Below, in pieces: positions 39,074 to 53,472 of a DNA stretch of 64,000 nucleotides (the stretch's first letter is position 1; every line of letters starts with the position of its first letter). Source of the DNA: Epiperipatus broadwayi (lineage: Eukaryota; Animalia; Onychophora). The notes beneath the pieces are model-generated. The model saw only the letters and a list, made by a program, of their open reading frames with translations, ran no database searches and was not told the origin of the DNA. The translations under genes were made by a program, and so were the position numbers. Location of the stretch: the NCBI GenBank assembly GCA_028023455.1, contig JAQFVV010000009.1, forward strand, positions 9,424,001 to 9,488,000. The letters run 5' to 3'.

Positions 39074-39340
39074 ATGGCAGACAGTGAAGTCGAATGGTAA
39101 AAGTTTAGTGAATTGCCAGCCACAGAAGCTGATGCTGTGGTGTTTTTTCAGGCCAAAAATATCTTGCCAGACTTGAAGCTATGTGGTTGCAATAAAAGCA
39201 TGGTGTTAGTGAATTACAGGAGGTAAGAATTCAGATGCCACTCCTGCAAGCATATCTGTGGTCTTCGCAAGGCATCTGGTTCGACAGCTCCAAAATACCT
39301 TTCCTTACAGCTTTGTGGATCATATTGTAATGGAAAGATT
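39074..39340 (+). mobile_element. Probable Merlin (IS1595/ISXO2-type) transposase N-terminal relic
   Basis: MADSEVEW..AVVFFQAKNILP..LCGCNKSM..FRCHSC then, after a frameshift, RKGIWFDSSKIPF, resembling the Merlin C.CG..M..WRC..C..SLR.GTWF..S pattern. No DDE core seen. Confidence 0.5.
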
Positions 39341-42300
39341 TGTACATCCATGCAAAAAAATCTAGAGTATAGGTAAAATACACTAAATCTGATTGAATCT
39401 AGATGGTGGGACCCAGAGTTTAGCCAAAGTTGAATCCGTTCACCCTTACTCCATGACTTAATACCCTATGAATGACATTTTTAAAGTTACACATGCGTTC
39501 AATTCGATCACAGTCCAACAGTAGCAAAGGATGGTGAAGCAAGAGACTTGAGGAGGGGGATAACAGCTAAATTACTATTAAATTAGTGGAACACACATGT
39601 GTCTAAGTGAACTAATAATATATTAATTAATAACTAAGTCCAATAAAGAGGTATTCATATATATAATGATATATAAATAAATCAAAATGGAGTTGGATGT
39701 AAATTGATTTACAAGCAATAAAGAAATAGAAACGAGTTATATTTTAAATAACATTTTAATTAATAAAATAAAACAAATCACAAATAAAACACACAAAAAT
39801 TATATAATCAGTACTTGGAATATTACGCTCGCAGGCATTACATAATGAGGTTGATAGTTACATATTCTCTCATTATACATATTTAATAAAATGATGTGCA
39901 GTATTCATGTTTATGCCTAGATTTAACATGCCAAATCCTAGCTAGTTTGCAGACTGCCAAATCATGTGGAACATATTAGCTAAGCTTATAATTAAATATA
40001 CAGTGCTTCTATGGCATCTCTGTATATAAAAGCTCAAGAAGTGAGCACATAATCAGACTCAAAGATACACAGGTTAGCATGTTAACCAATATTAGGGTTC
40101 AGCCTAATGCTGAATAATCATTTAACGTATGGGAGAGAGAACTGGTTTACTCTAGATTTACTTATGCACACTACGGCACATTAAAATATTAATAAAATAA
40201 TTATGGTGTGAGTGGATCATTAATCATGAGCTTCAACACTGAATGCTTGGTACCCTATGACTGAACAACTTGCCATGAATATCAGAACATTAAAAGTTCA
40301 GGGACTAGAAGTGTCAGAGTGACCTCTGCCAGAAATCATAAAAAAATGTGTAGCAAGCAGTTAGCATACTATATGTACTTTGTAAGGACACAGTCACAAC
40401 TTATACATATATAAAACATCAATATGTTTAACTAACTTAACATGCCTTAAAATAGATAGTGTTTATTTGCATATCTATATAACCCAGTTCTCAAGACTAG
40501 TATCTCAAATATACTATACTTAGGGACTAAATATATTAGTAACCTAGCTTAAACTACCACCTGCATATTTAATATATATATATAATACAATTTAAGGAGG
40601 AGAAAGCATATTTAATGGGCAATTAATGATAAATATTAGAAATATGCTTTAATAATATCCTTGTGGCTAGTTCCTATGATATATGGATTACATATATAAA
40701 AAGTTATAATTCATAACTATAACTAAGCAAACTACAACTTTATCTAGGATGTAAGTGATTACCATTAAATTAATAAATAAAATCAATCAGTTAAAATAAT
40801 AAGATCTCGAAACAATGTGTTAGGATTAACAATTCAAATATTTATTAAAATGGAAGATATAAAAATATCTTCATAAAGTAATAGACTAAAATTATTTATG
40901 AATACTCATAGTTTCGAGTTATTTGGCATATCAAATACCTACAATAATAAAATGATAAAATTATGAAAGTAAATTAAATTAGAATAAATAGGCATAAGAT
41001 TTCAGTAATTTATAGCTTAAATGAGGTTATTACAGTGTGTTACATTTTTAAAAAATGATTTTTAAATTATAAATTTTGATTTCAGACAAGATTGAATTTT
41101 ACATTAATTTAAGAGTTTATCAGGTTGAGTTACAGAATTTAAGAAAACAAATTTTAAATGTTGATTCATTATATAGCTAGCTTAGATAGATATGGAAAAA
41201 TTAACAGTTTATAAACATAACTCTGCGACAATTAAAAATGTTACTGATTTTCTTCTTTGCAGCTTTAGGCACCCTAGACAGCAATGTTGGCACTGTTAGT
41301 TTAGTTTCCATTAAGATATTCTTACAAGAGGCTGTTTGGCTAGGATGCTGCTGTTCATTGCATTTTAAAGGACCATGAGCTCTCATTTTTTGCAGAAAAA
41401 AGCAGCAAGTTGGTACCTTTTTACTCCACCATTTCAAAGAGAAAACAGGTGTGGATTCAGCTTACAACTCTGCATAAACAATATAATATATATTTTGATT
41501 ATAAAAAACTATTGATGCATTTTTACTCTTGACCATCTGGTTGTTTATAAGTTTGTATGCAGCTAAAAAACCCATTAGCGCATCTTCTTCAATGTAACAT
41601 GTTTAGTTATTAAATTCTAATTTTAATTTTGTGTTACTTTTATATCTTGTTACCATTGTTTAATAGGGCTGGTCTGAATGCACATTTGTTGACAACTTTG
41701 TCAATTCTAAGAAATGTTATTGCAAATTTAAGATTATAAAACTAGACTCATGCTATATTAGGACAGCTGAGGTGGTCTAATTAAATTAAAACAGAATTTA
41801 TAATTAGTATAATTCTTATACTATATATGTAGGATGATAGTACCTGGAATACATTTATATATATGCAATTCAGCAAAATAAAATATAAAATAAACTAATA
41901 TTTTAGATTAAATCACTTGCTAATTAAACTACGCGCGGGTTTTAAAATAAACATGGGAAATTCTTGTTATTTAGATTATTAAAAAGCAAACCCAACTCTA
42001 TAACCCCAAAAAAGTCTTTCTTCAAAAGAAAACAAATGTCAAAATTCTTAAATTGTTATTGTTTAGATTATTACAAAGCAACCCCCCCCCCCCAAGTAAA
42101 GTAAAGAAAGGCTTTATTAAAAAAAGAAAAAAATTCGGAAAGAACTCTGCGGTAGCATAAATGTTTAAAAGACAAAATTTATGACCATACTATTATATAA
42201 AAGTTTTTAAAAAAAGAAGTCGATTATTAAAAAGCAAGCCAAACCCCTTCCCCATATAAAAAAAGTGTTTCTTAAAAAAGGAAGTCTTATTGAAAAACAA

Positions 42301-42661
42301 AAAAAATTTAAAAACAAGTCTGTGGTAGTATAAATAAAAAAGAAATATTTTTTACTGTGGTATGTATAGAAAATGTCGGCCTGGGAACTATTATATTGAT
42401 GTGTATACAAAGAAAAGCAGCTTATCAAGCAGTCAGATGCCGCAAATATATTAATATCAGTTTATTATTTTAAAGCAATAAGTTAGCACATGTATCTAAA
42501 TTATTATTCCTGGATAAAGAATTTAATAATAGAATATGTGAGAGTGCATGCCTGAAATTTGCTAATTACTTAAAATTTACTTCCTGGTTGAAAAATTTAA
42601 TGTTTAGAAGTTAATTTAAGTATCTTATACTTTAAATATATCTATTTTAAAAGATATAATA

Positions 42662-43063
42662 AATTGTTTTTCTCTTCACTAGTGAAAATTGTAATTATAA
42701 ATATGCGACTTTTTTCGCATGCATTAGTGAAGCTATAATTATACTTAATTATACTAGTTCTGCCCAAATAGATTGTAAAAGTGATGCCAAAAGAAAAGTT
42801 AAAGAGGTTTTTTTACATTGCAAATTATCCCAGTGCCATTAAAAGAAGAGAGGCATGCTTTGCTCTCTCTAAACAATGGACTAATTAAATATTCAAACTC
42901 ATTTGCATATGTGTACAATAAATAACAACAGTATTCATTCACAAAGCTGTGAGTATGAGATTCGAACGTTAAATCTCGAAAGCGCTAAGCAGACCTATTA
43001 CACATTATTTTAAGTATAATTATAGCTTCACTAACGCATGCGAAAAAAGTCGCATATTTATAA
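42662..43063. mobile_element. HHR family E element, copy 2 (tail-out palindrome)
   Basis: Inverted arms of about 56 bp (42694-42749 and 43009-43064), with the left arm about 32 bp longer. Exact 16-bp TSD tttaaaagatataata at 42646-42661 and 43064-43079. Confidence 0.85.
42946..42990 (+). ncRNA. Non-canonical minimal type I hammerhead-like motif (G3.U8 core)
   Basis: GCT | GTGAGTA T | GAGATT-9nt-AATCTC | GAAA GCGC T A | AGC. Predicted cleavage after 42987. Confidence 0.6.
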
Positions 43064-46000
43064 TTTAAAAGATATAATATAAAATAATGTTCTGAGATCT
43101 TATAAAAGAATATTTGAATAAATATTCTCATTATTTTATTAATATAATTTTTATTTTATTAAACAATGTAAATCTTTAATGTGTTTAAAGAATGTATTTT
43201 TTTTACTGTAATAGATTTTAGTTTACTAAATAATATATTAAATAATTATTTAAAAGATGATGTAATCCTCAAATTATTGTTTTAATTTCCTGTCTAGACT
43301 AAATTATAATTAATCAAAGTTATTTTTAGAATTTTCCAGCAGCAACCATTGAAAAATTTGAACTTTCAGTTAATTGGGTTGCTTGGGATGGATATTTCAC
43401 TTGTTGGTCATCCAATCAATGCCCATCACATGACTTTTTTTTATAAAAGTCTGATGTTGTTAAATGAACACAGACCTATTGAGACACCTATCAACAAATT
43501 TTCTGAGTTGTAATTTTTTCTAATTAATTTTATTTGTTAGCTAAGTAATTGTTAAGCACTAAATATCTATTCAGGTATCTTTTATAACTGAAAACTCTTT
43601 GACACTTTGAACTTGTACAAGATTGCATTATGGGAAATTCTACAGCATGTATTTCAAGAAGTAAATTGTCTTGGAAATTTATCACAACAATGGATTTTAA
43701 TTGAAAATATTATTTTTGCATTGTAAGAACATTGTAAATTTCAATTTATTTATTAGAAAGGTTAATGTCCAAGTTATATGCTAGAATTTTAAAAATATTT
43801 TGCATTAATATTAAAAAGATTTTAAATTCTTTTTCTAAAAGAATTTTATGAAACAATTCTATTTAAATAATAATGAACATTTTATTGTTTTTCAAATGCA
43901 TTTTGTTTTGGTACAATCATTTTATGTGGAATTTGAACTATTTAACTAAAATTACAGGACCTTTTAAATGATGAAAGAATTTGAAAATGCTAATTGTTAA
44001 TATGTGAATATTTATTAATCATTAAGGAATCATTTATTACATTTTATGGATGCTTATTTTAAAATACTAGCATATTAAAATTACTTTAAAGAAAGGAAAT
44101 GTTTGTTTTATTATTAATAGATGTAAATAAATGCTATGTTATAAGAATATTATATCTATTTCCTACAAAATATTTTAATAATGAAAAGTTATTTATGCAT
44201 TTTTATATTAGGGAAGATTGCATTGCTGAATACTATAGCAGAATATCTGTTTATTTTAATTAAAATTATATTTTAGAAGGAAAATAAAAATCTGAATTGA
44301 CTCTATGCTTGTTTAATCTGTGAATTCTTGATAAAAGACTGAAATTTATTAAGTATGCTTGATTATTTATGAAAATGCTCCATTTTAAAAAAGATATGAA
44401 ATTCATTTATTAGTTCTGGTCTCTGCAATAATTTTATTTTATTCGTCAGTATATATTACAAATGCTAGCTTTATAAAATGATTATTATTGTGTTTACATT
44501 AGTTTTAAAAAGAATGAAATATATTTTCAATATGTTATGTTTGCTCTTAAAAAAGTTCATTTTAATTTATTTTACTTTATTTAGTCTCCAGAAATATTTA
44601 TTTAAATGCTCCTTACTATGTTCCATTTCAGAATAATTCTTCTTCTTTATATTCATCAGTAGATGCGAAACTGTGTTCTTAAAAGAAATGTGTATTTCAT
44701 TTATCCAATATACTACTTGAAATATATAATGTTCATTGTATTGTTATTCTATACACTCTGAATTATACTATGTTTCTAGTATTTGTTATTCTACTTATTT
44801 AGACTATAGTAATCCAGTCAGAATGACTATATTTTCATTTGTGTTAGTAGCTTCAAGTCTTTGCATATCTATATTTTTCAATTGATGTGTGTTAATTTTT
44901 TTTATAATAAATGGATATCCTGGAATGCCTAGAGAATATTCAAGAAATCTTTTATTGACTTTATCCAGCATAATGATATGAATATCAAGATTAATGACTC
45001 TTTATTTAATTAATAATGGGTATAATGTTAAAATCTGATAAATAATATTTATTTTATTTGCCATATACTTATTTCTATGTATTTCAGTATTTTATGCATG
45101 ATTTTAATAGGTACTTTCATGCTAACTTCTCAGAATATTGCTATAATAATATTTTAAAATGTATTATACTTGTCACTTTTTGAAGTTATTTTGAATGTGT
45201 GTAAATGTTGGAAGAGTTCAGAAGCTGATGCCTATTTTTATTGTTTAATTATTATGCCACAATTTTATATTTAGCTATATATTGCTATATTTATTGTTGG
45301 ATCACTTTTACACATTACTTGTTAATCATTATTTTAAGAGATAGTAATGTTTGCATCTCGCTTATAGTTTACTGTATTATGCCAGTGAATTTTGTTATAA
45401 TTCTGTGATGTTAAGATATAATGCTATATTTGGCAAACCCATTTCTTCTGATGGTTACTTCTCATATTTTCTGACTAAAGACAAAGTCCTAGCTCATTAT
45501 TGCCCTCATGTGTTGAGTTCATGCCATCATCGAATTTTTGCCTTTGCTAGTCTATCCCTTAATGTGAATATTTTAATGATATATTTTATTTAGCCATGTG
45601 TAATGCACAATCATATTTTTATCCTAGCATTTGATATTTTGAAGGTACTGTGGAATGCTACCAATATTTTCAGTTGCATTCTTTGTTAATCTGAGTAATT
45701 TTGATGTGGTCTTATAGATGTGCCTGGCTTGCATATTTACATGTTAAATATGATAAAATATTTGATATTAAATTTATATTTGTATATGTGGCTATATAAA
45801 ATTGTAAACATCTTTTTCAGCCTTCATCATTGGTAAGATTATATTTTACTTAATGTATTGAATATTTTCACTTAGGGACTTTATAATAGTAAATTAATGT
45901 ACTAAATGTGAGAAGTCACTGAGTTTATTAAAGCCATAGTAAGATTTTTAAGTATTGGCTATCATTACTATTATTTTTAAATTGTAATGCATAATTTTCC

Positions 46001-47865
46001 TTTATATTAGTTTTATTTTGGGAAAATTTTAGTAATTTTGTAAGTTATAAAAAAATTTGATATTGTGTCAATAAATGTTATTTTAATTATTAATTAATGC
46101 TTATGTATTTTTATCATCATCTGCATTTTTCAGAAATCTAATAATATTATCACACAATCATATTTATATATTTTATGCATTGAGAGTACAAGAATATAAA
46201 GAAATCTGATATGAAAGTCACTTTATTTAAAATTATATTACTGATGTTGCAATAACATTAAAGAAAAAGATTATTTAAGTAAAAATGATAAAAATATTTT
46301 ATTCAACTGATATAAGATCTCTTACTCAATTTCATTTATTTTTGATAAAGCTATTATTGTCACTTTACTTCATTTAAGATAATAAGATTGGCTGATGTTA
46401 TTTTACTAGAAGATTGAGAGAAAATCTATTAGTATAATAATTTGGATAGTAACAAAATCTCTTTCCTACTTATGATATTATGAATGTCATCCTAGTGTAT
46501 TATAGTTATTTTTAATTTAAGAGTTTCTTCATGTTCAATTTTAATTTTAAATTTAATAATTGTTTGATTCAATAAAATATCATCTTAAGGGTAAGATAGC
46601 ATCTTGTTGGCATTATTTGTTACTAGAACCACATTCTTGATTGGTTTTAAGAAATAAAGAAAAAAACAAAATTATTGATTATGAGATAATTCATCATAAA
46701 AGAAACTCTGAGATTTTTTATTAAGAAAGAGCTATGCGGCATAAAAGAAGAAATGTGTTAAGTTGATAAAGAATAACTGTACCTTAAATTTGATCATTTT
46801 GGTAAGATAATCACAATAATTATAAGATTTGCCTGTATTTTAAAAGATGTGCTGGAGAAAGAAGATTTGAAAGCAACTTAACCCTCTCTATGTTATATGT
46901 TTAAGATTTTAGAGTATCATATTTTGAGAAAGAGTATGAGAACTCTCTTCCTGATCTAAATGGTTTTGCATTTATTATATTAATGCTTATTTTGGACTTA
47001 TTATAGCAGCATATGTTGACTTGAGCTAGCCCATGTATAATATTTGGCTATTATTATTATTGGCTATGTGCAACCCTGAGCTTCATGTTATTATTAATTC
47101 TTTCTTTCACAGGTTACAATGTATATCTTAGATTAAGTACCAGTAATGCAAGAACTATTATAGTAAAGGCATTTCTATATTATGATACCTAAATAAATGG
47201 TACAGTTACAGAATCAACAGTCACTAACAAATTATGATTCATTAATCACTGCAGCAATTTCCAGTAATTAATTATAAATTGTGGATTACTTTTTAATATG
47301 ATATAAATTATCAAATGTAAAGATCATTGCTGTAAATGTAATTCTAACATTGTTAGTCTCAATAAAATTTTTATAATTTTTTACTAAAAGATATGTAATT
47401 CTATTATGAAAACATTACACATAATGTGATAAAGAAAAGTTCTTAAGTCATCAGGTTTTTGATGAAATGAATATCTCACACATTTTATATTACACATTTT
47501 TATTTTAAGTCAATTTTGTAAGGTTAATTTTTATACATAAAGTAAAGTATCTGAGAATATATAATTCTATGATCTTTACTCTAGTTCCAGCATAATTATC
47601 AAACAAAATATACATAAACTAAAAGTCAAAATAAGGCAACAAAATTACCTATTACACATAGGATTCAATTTAATATTGTGGAACTAAACTAACTACAATA
47701 GTAGCTACCCCTAATTCTTAATTGACTATACTTTTTCAATCATTATATAACTTTAAAAGCAAAAAAATATTAAGAAAAAATATTTCAGTACATATTTTAA
47801 ATTGTTTTGTAAATATACATGTCTTTGCTAAAAAAAATTTAAACAAAGAGAAATATAATGTGTTT

Positions 47866-48110
47866 CCTGAAGGTTTGTGATAATGGTGTTCTAGTTGTAT
47901 TTTTATATTGGACTATTTCCATTATCTAATATGCGTATTGAATGTCTTTAGAAAAATGTAACTTTATTTAAGTATTCTAAATACATTCAACTGTTTTATG
48001 TGCTATTATTAACAGTTGAATGTATTTGGAATATTTAAATATTAAATTTTTCTAAAGACATTTAATATGTATATTAGATTATGGAAATAGTCCAATATAA
48101 AAATACAATT
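47866..48110. mobile_element. HHR family D element, tail-only palindrome
   Basis: Inverted copies of the 25200-25355 tail meet at about 47995-48005. TSD agaaatataa(tg/ca)tgttt at 47849-47865 and 48111-48127 (15/17 match, mismatch consistent with a decayed CpG). Confidence 0.85.
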
Positions 48111-48939
48111 AGAAATATAACATGTTTAACTAGAAATACATCATTAAAATTTCTATATGTGATACGATCTGTCACAATGAAAAATTGAAATTAGGTTTTT
48201 ACTCAATCATATATTCTCATAATTACTGTTGTCTGATTGCACATCTATGGCTTCATATTAAATGGAAGTGATCAACAATATTACTTTCTCAATATTTCTT
48301 TAGCAGAGATGACCAACAAATTATCTGCTCAAGACTTTAATGCTTTCCCTTTTTATATAATTATAAACAGATGCCTGAGATGCTTTTAAATAAATTGTGC
48401 TTTCAAATCATTTTAATTACTTATCACTTTCCCATTATTTAATCCTTTAAACATAACCTTCATTTTTTATGGTAAACTAGTTCCAGAAAAATATCATACA
48501 AATTAACAAAAGTCAAATTTCCATAGGAATATATGTTAATAAACCTCAATTCATATTACGCCACAATAAAAGTGCAGCATTTAGTTTTATATTGGCAACA
48601 ATATGCACATACAATGTATAACTAATATTTTATTTTATTGTGCATATATGTATTAAAATCATAAAGATGTGAGTTAATTATGTACACAATTAAATAATAA
48701 CTGTTATTAGTTTTTAAAAAATTATATGAAATTTATTTTCCTTTTTTTAAAAAAACAAAATCACAATGACAATTTAATGTCATTATGTTTTTTCCTCCTG
48801 TAATTTTACCATTAGCACTTTTAACATCAAATTAAAAGTACACTTAAAAAGTGAACATATATATATATTGTAATCTTCCAATCTAAATTTGTTTGGAAGA
48901 GACTCTGTAAGTCCAGAAATTAATTGTTCTAAAATGAAA

Positions 48940-49065
48940 ATCGGAGAGAAACCGTGAACGTACTTCCGCTTGCGTTTGTGTATACTGAAAACGCATTCGC
49001 ATATGTTGAGCTTTTATAAGACCACTAACCCACACGGAAACACTCACTCCAAATTTTCCAAACAA
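48940..49065. promoter_or_regulatory. Orphan CpG-rich promoter-like patch
   Basis: About eight CpGs in roughly 110 bp in an otherwise CpG-poor region, with an ETS-like ACTTCCG motif. No associated CDS identified. Confidence 0.35.
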
Positions 49066-52000
49066 ACTAAATAATCAACGTAAATATATAATTTCTCAAG
49101 GATTTAAATCTTGATTACAAAACTTTTAAAATATAATCTATAATTTTTATAATATTTCAACAATCACTGGTTTATTATGAAATGATTTCATACTTATATA
49201 ATTTTGTTTTATCTATTCATTAATTACATATTCTCAGTTGTTTCTATTAATAAATATTCATTAAGACTTATCGTAAAAATCATCTCAGGATTTTTCTCTA
49301 ATAAATATTTACTACTATCAAGATGAATATGGATATCAGGGATTTTTTACTATGCATTTTACTTTTACCTTATTGGATTCAAATAGCAAATATAATAACA
49401 ATATTTAAGTAATCTTAATGAATCAGCAGTGTGATGCCTTGAATTGAACTTAAATGATATCAAAATCAAAGAATAATACCATATTATTTAATAAAAATAA
49501 CAAAATTGTTTGTTTCATGTAAGAAACTAAACAAGACAAGAACTCGTGACCAACTCCACCCATCCCAGACAACCGTCAGGCTGACATGGGAAATGATTGA
49601 TCTAAATAAATAAAATATGAAAGAGGGCAACCTGGCGCCAACAAATATGACAGTAACTATGTAGATGTTAGCATTAGTAGTAGCTAGAGCAACATAGATG
49701 GAGACTTATCCAAAAACAATTAGCTAATGAACAAAAGAAAAGCTGGACGAGCAGTGATTGCAAGATTGAACTTTTATAAAATACAATCATCACATAGGAA
49801 CGATGCCAAGACTATTTTTAGACAATGGACAATCTTTATTACTACTTTTGTACCAATGCATCACTCATAAACATTTGTAACAATAATAGAGTCATTACAT
49901 TAATAAAAAAAAATATAATAACGTATTATAAATACAAATTAGCATTATATGACAGCAAATATTAAAGATAAATATTTATAACGAGAATTATCTCCGTATG
50001 ACAACAAATATTTGAGATAAATGTTTACAGGTTTTTTTAAAGTATATGTGGTGTATTGATCATATCTACATTTGATGTATAAACTCATAGTTTGAGTGAC
50101 GATACCATGTATATGTTATAGGAGATGGATGCAGTATTTCATTCAACTTTGAACCTATAATTAAATTAAGTATCTCAAAAACTATAACTTCAATACTTAC
50201 ATATTTGCCACTTTCTATCAACTCAAGTTTGAATTCAAGTTTTATTACTATAAGGTTTATTTTCCAACACTTAAGCAATAGAGTATTTTAATACTTCTTC
50301 AACATGCTAGCGGGACTGGTATACAGTATAAATTATATCACAGCAACAAATCTAAAATCGTAATTTTAAATTAATTATAGCATGTATTTTAACATATAGT
50401 ATTTGGTGAACCAAATATAAATAATCTTTATCCTGAAAATGTACTATTTCTTCTAGATAGTTGTGTGCGAAGGTGGAGTGAGAAAGGAACTTTAAAAGAA
50501 AAGTCACAAACGATGAAATATAATTTAATATTTATATTTTGAATAAATTAAAAATGATGGTTAAAAAAATGCAATCTCTCTACACTAACAAAGATTTGAT
50601 CTGCACTCCTTCATACTTATCTGTTACACTATATCCTTAAATATTGAATATAAAATATACTACCTGAATTGCCAACTGAGCTTTATGTTTAGATTTGGTA
50701 TATTTACTACTTTAATAATTTATTAAACTATTCATAAAAACATAACTAACTAACTAATATATCGTTCATATAAAATTTATATGGCAATCCAATACTGAAC
50801 ATTCCTAAATTTATTGATGATAGGAATAGCAAACGACATTTAACGATTTGTAGCACTATTATTCAAGTTTACCGAAGATTGAAATTATCACAATAAAATT
50901 AATCCATTTTGGAAAATATCCATCTCAAATATTAAATGTATATCTTGAATTCCTTTAACCTCCTTAATCCTTTTGATATTCAGCATGTATAAACACCCAA
51001 AATTTTTATGTAATTTTTTCTCAAAACAAGTACTTTGGCCACTATATTGCTTTCATGATTATGATTTTTAATTACATAAAATTATTTCAATCATTTCCAT
51101 TCACTACCAATATATTATTTATTTCTGTATATATGAGGCCCTTTCAATATCCTTAGGCAAAAGCTTCCTTTACTGGATAATATTCTGTGATAATCACTGA
51201 AAATTTTACTGGAACATATATTAAAAGCATTTTTCTTTGAAATTGAAGAAAAGACAATTTAAATCCTATAAACAAATTTTTAGTCGGATATTCTAAAATT
51301 TCCATATCGCAAATTTCAAATTTTCTTAACTGAAAATTAAAAAAAAAGTTGTTTTTCCTTTTATATTTTAGTCTAACATATATCCATCACTATTATTGAA
51401 ATGGAATAGACCAGACCCATCTAGGACAGACTCCTAAATAATGTTCCTTTAACCCCATCATCCTTGGGTATTTTAGGTACAAAATGACGATCTCGCACTA
51501 TACTGAAAATTTTATAGATTGACATCTCATTTTAATTTACTGGTATTTATAGATTTTCTCCTATGACATCAAAATTTTCTCAATGCATCTCTCCTAGAAG
51601 TTGATATACAAAACATCTCCATAGTACTGTAAATAGTCAGATGAGATCCTATAGTTTTTCTCTCAATGGGTGGAAAAAATGTATTCATTTTGCCAAATAA
51701 ATGAAAATCATTTATAGTTTATTAACAAATCTTATTAGAGCAATAAATATTGTCAATAAACAAAATTTATTAATATTTTAACATCCAAAATTTCATTAGG
51801 TTTTTATATTCAGCTATTTTAGAAATACTTATTAAATCGAAACATTTAATTATCTAAAATTGCAGTAATTATTTTGTTAGTCTTTCTAACACATTTTTCT
51901 AATTTTGTAAATATTATTTATACAAGTACCCACATATTTATATGTAATGTAACAAATTTTTATATATTTCTAAATAGTAGTACTTCTTCTGATTTAATTG

Positions 52001-53164
52001 ACAATTTATTCATTTTGAATTTGTTGTTCATATTCCAATTTAGTAAAGGTTGATTACTTATGATCTGAATGTTTATTCACAAACACTATTCTATGTATAC
52101 TTGGATTTATAGCCATTGCTAAAACAATTCACTAATTGTTCCTTAAATTGTTATAAAGAAATGCAATATTTAATACTTGAAAATATTCAAAAACTAATGT
52201 TTGAAGTCTTAAAAAAAATAAAAACGATCACCCCTTTTCACATTGACTTTATGGAAGTTGACCCTTGGTTTTACACTTAGCACTTGATCATCCTATCTAT
52301 TACGAGATATATAATCAAGAAAATTTTTGAACAATTCATCCCTTGCAGACCATGATAGCATTGATCCCAAAATATATTTCTGCAATATATGCATATGTTA
52401 AGAGTTATCTATATTGGGTTTATCCAACTGTTAACTGATTTTTAATATATATATATTGCAAAATAATGATCTTGGCAATATTTTTATGATTTTCACATTT
52501 ATAAATTAAAAATGACTTCTATCTTTTTTAATGCTGATTGCATAGCTTAACATGTTATGCGACCAATTTAAAATGTTTTATTTAGTTCTTTGTTATATGG
52601 TTGATAATATTAAAATTTGTTTTGCAGTATAATTTCAGCAATCAGAAGTTTACATTATCCGGATAAACATTCAATTTTTATTAGCACTAATCTTTTTACT
52701 TGAACTTTTATAATTTTAAATATAGCATTTGTTTTCAACTGATTAGCTTCAATTTCTTGCCATAAATTATAATGTTATCCTCAAGTAAAAATTGTATTTC
52801 CATATAATAGACAATATCTATATTTCAATTATTTTTGTTAACAACTAAGTTTGCATTTAAGCTATAAGTATAGTATTTTATTCTAACTTTTTTTTTTTTA
52901 GAATATTTTATTTTATTCTAACTTTAGAAGTTATTATTATTATACTGTAATAATAAACTAGTCCAGCCTAAATGAAACACATCTAGTTTTTGTACTAGTC
53001 TTAACTTTAAAAAAATTGGAGTCAATAAATATGTAAATAAACAGTTATTAGTTTATTATTACAATTAATAATTAAAGTTGGATAATTATTATAAAGTACT
53101 CTTTAATCCAAGGCTACAATATAAGAATAGTCCCCCCCCCCCAAAGAAATTTGTTATTCTACTA

Positions 53165-53472
53165 CAGTGGTCCCCAACCTTTTTGCACTTAAGAGCACAT
53201 TCTATAATACTGAGCAGGTGGCGGGCACCATTTATTTTTTCAGTGTAAATTTATAGTTGGATATTGTTAATGATAGACCCTTTTACGCTGCAAAAGTATA
53301 GTATGACCTATAATTTGATTGCAATATAATTCAATAATTTATAAGAAATCTTAAAAATTAAATTTATTTATATCAGATAAATAATTTTTTATCGTGTTCG
53401 GATAATGGCGGATACATGTAAAATGGTCTGTGGGCGCCATGGTCCCCATGAGCATAGGGTTGGGGACCCCTG
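53165..53472. mobile_element. hAT (Buster-type) MITE, 308 bp
   Basis: TIRs cagtggtccccaacc and ggttggggacccctg. Exact 8-bp TSD ttctacta (53157-53164 and 53473-53480) with central TA. Confidence 0.93.

Noticed and set aside
47111-47190. Possible terminal coding exon (ttcacag|GTTACAATG...TAA)
   Set aside because: Only 26 codons, no recognisable homology, and no partner exons identified.
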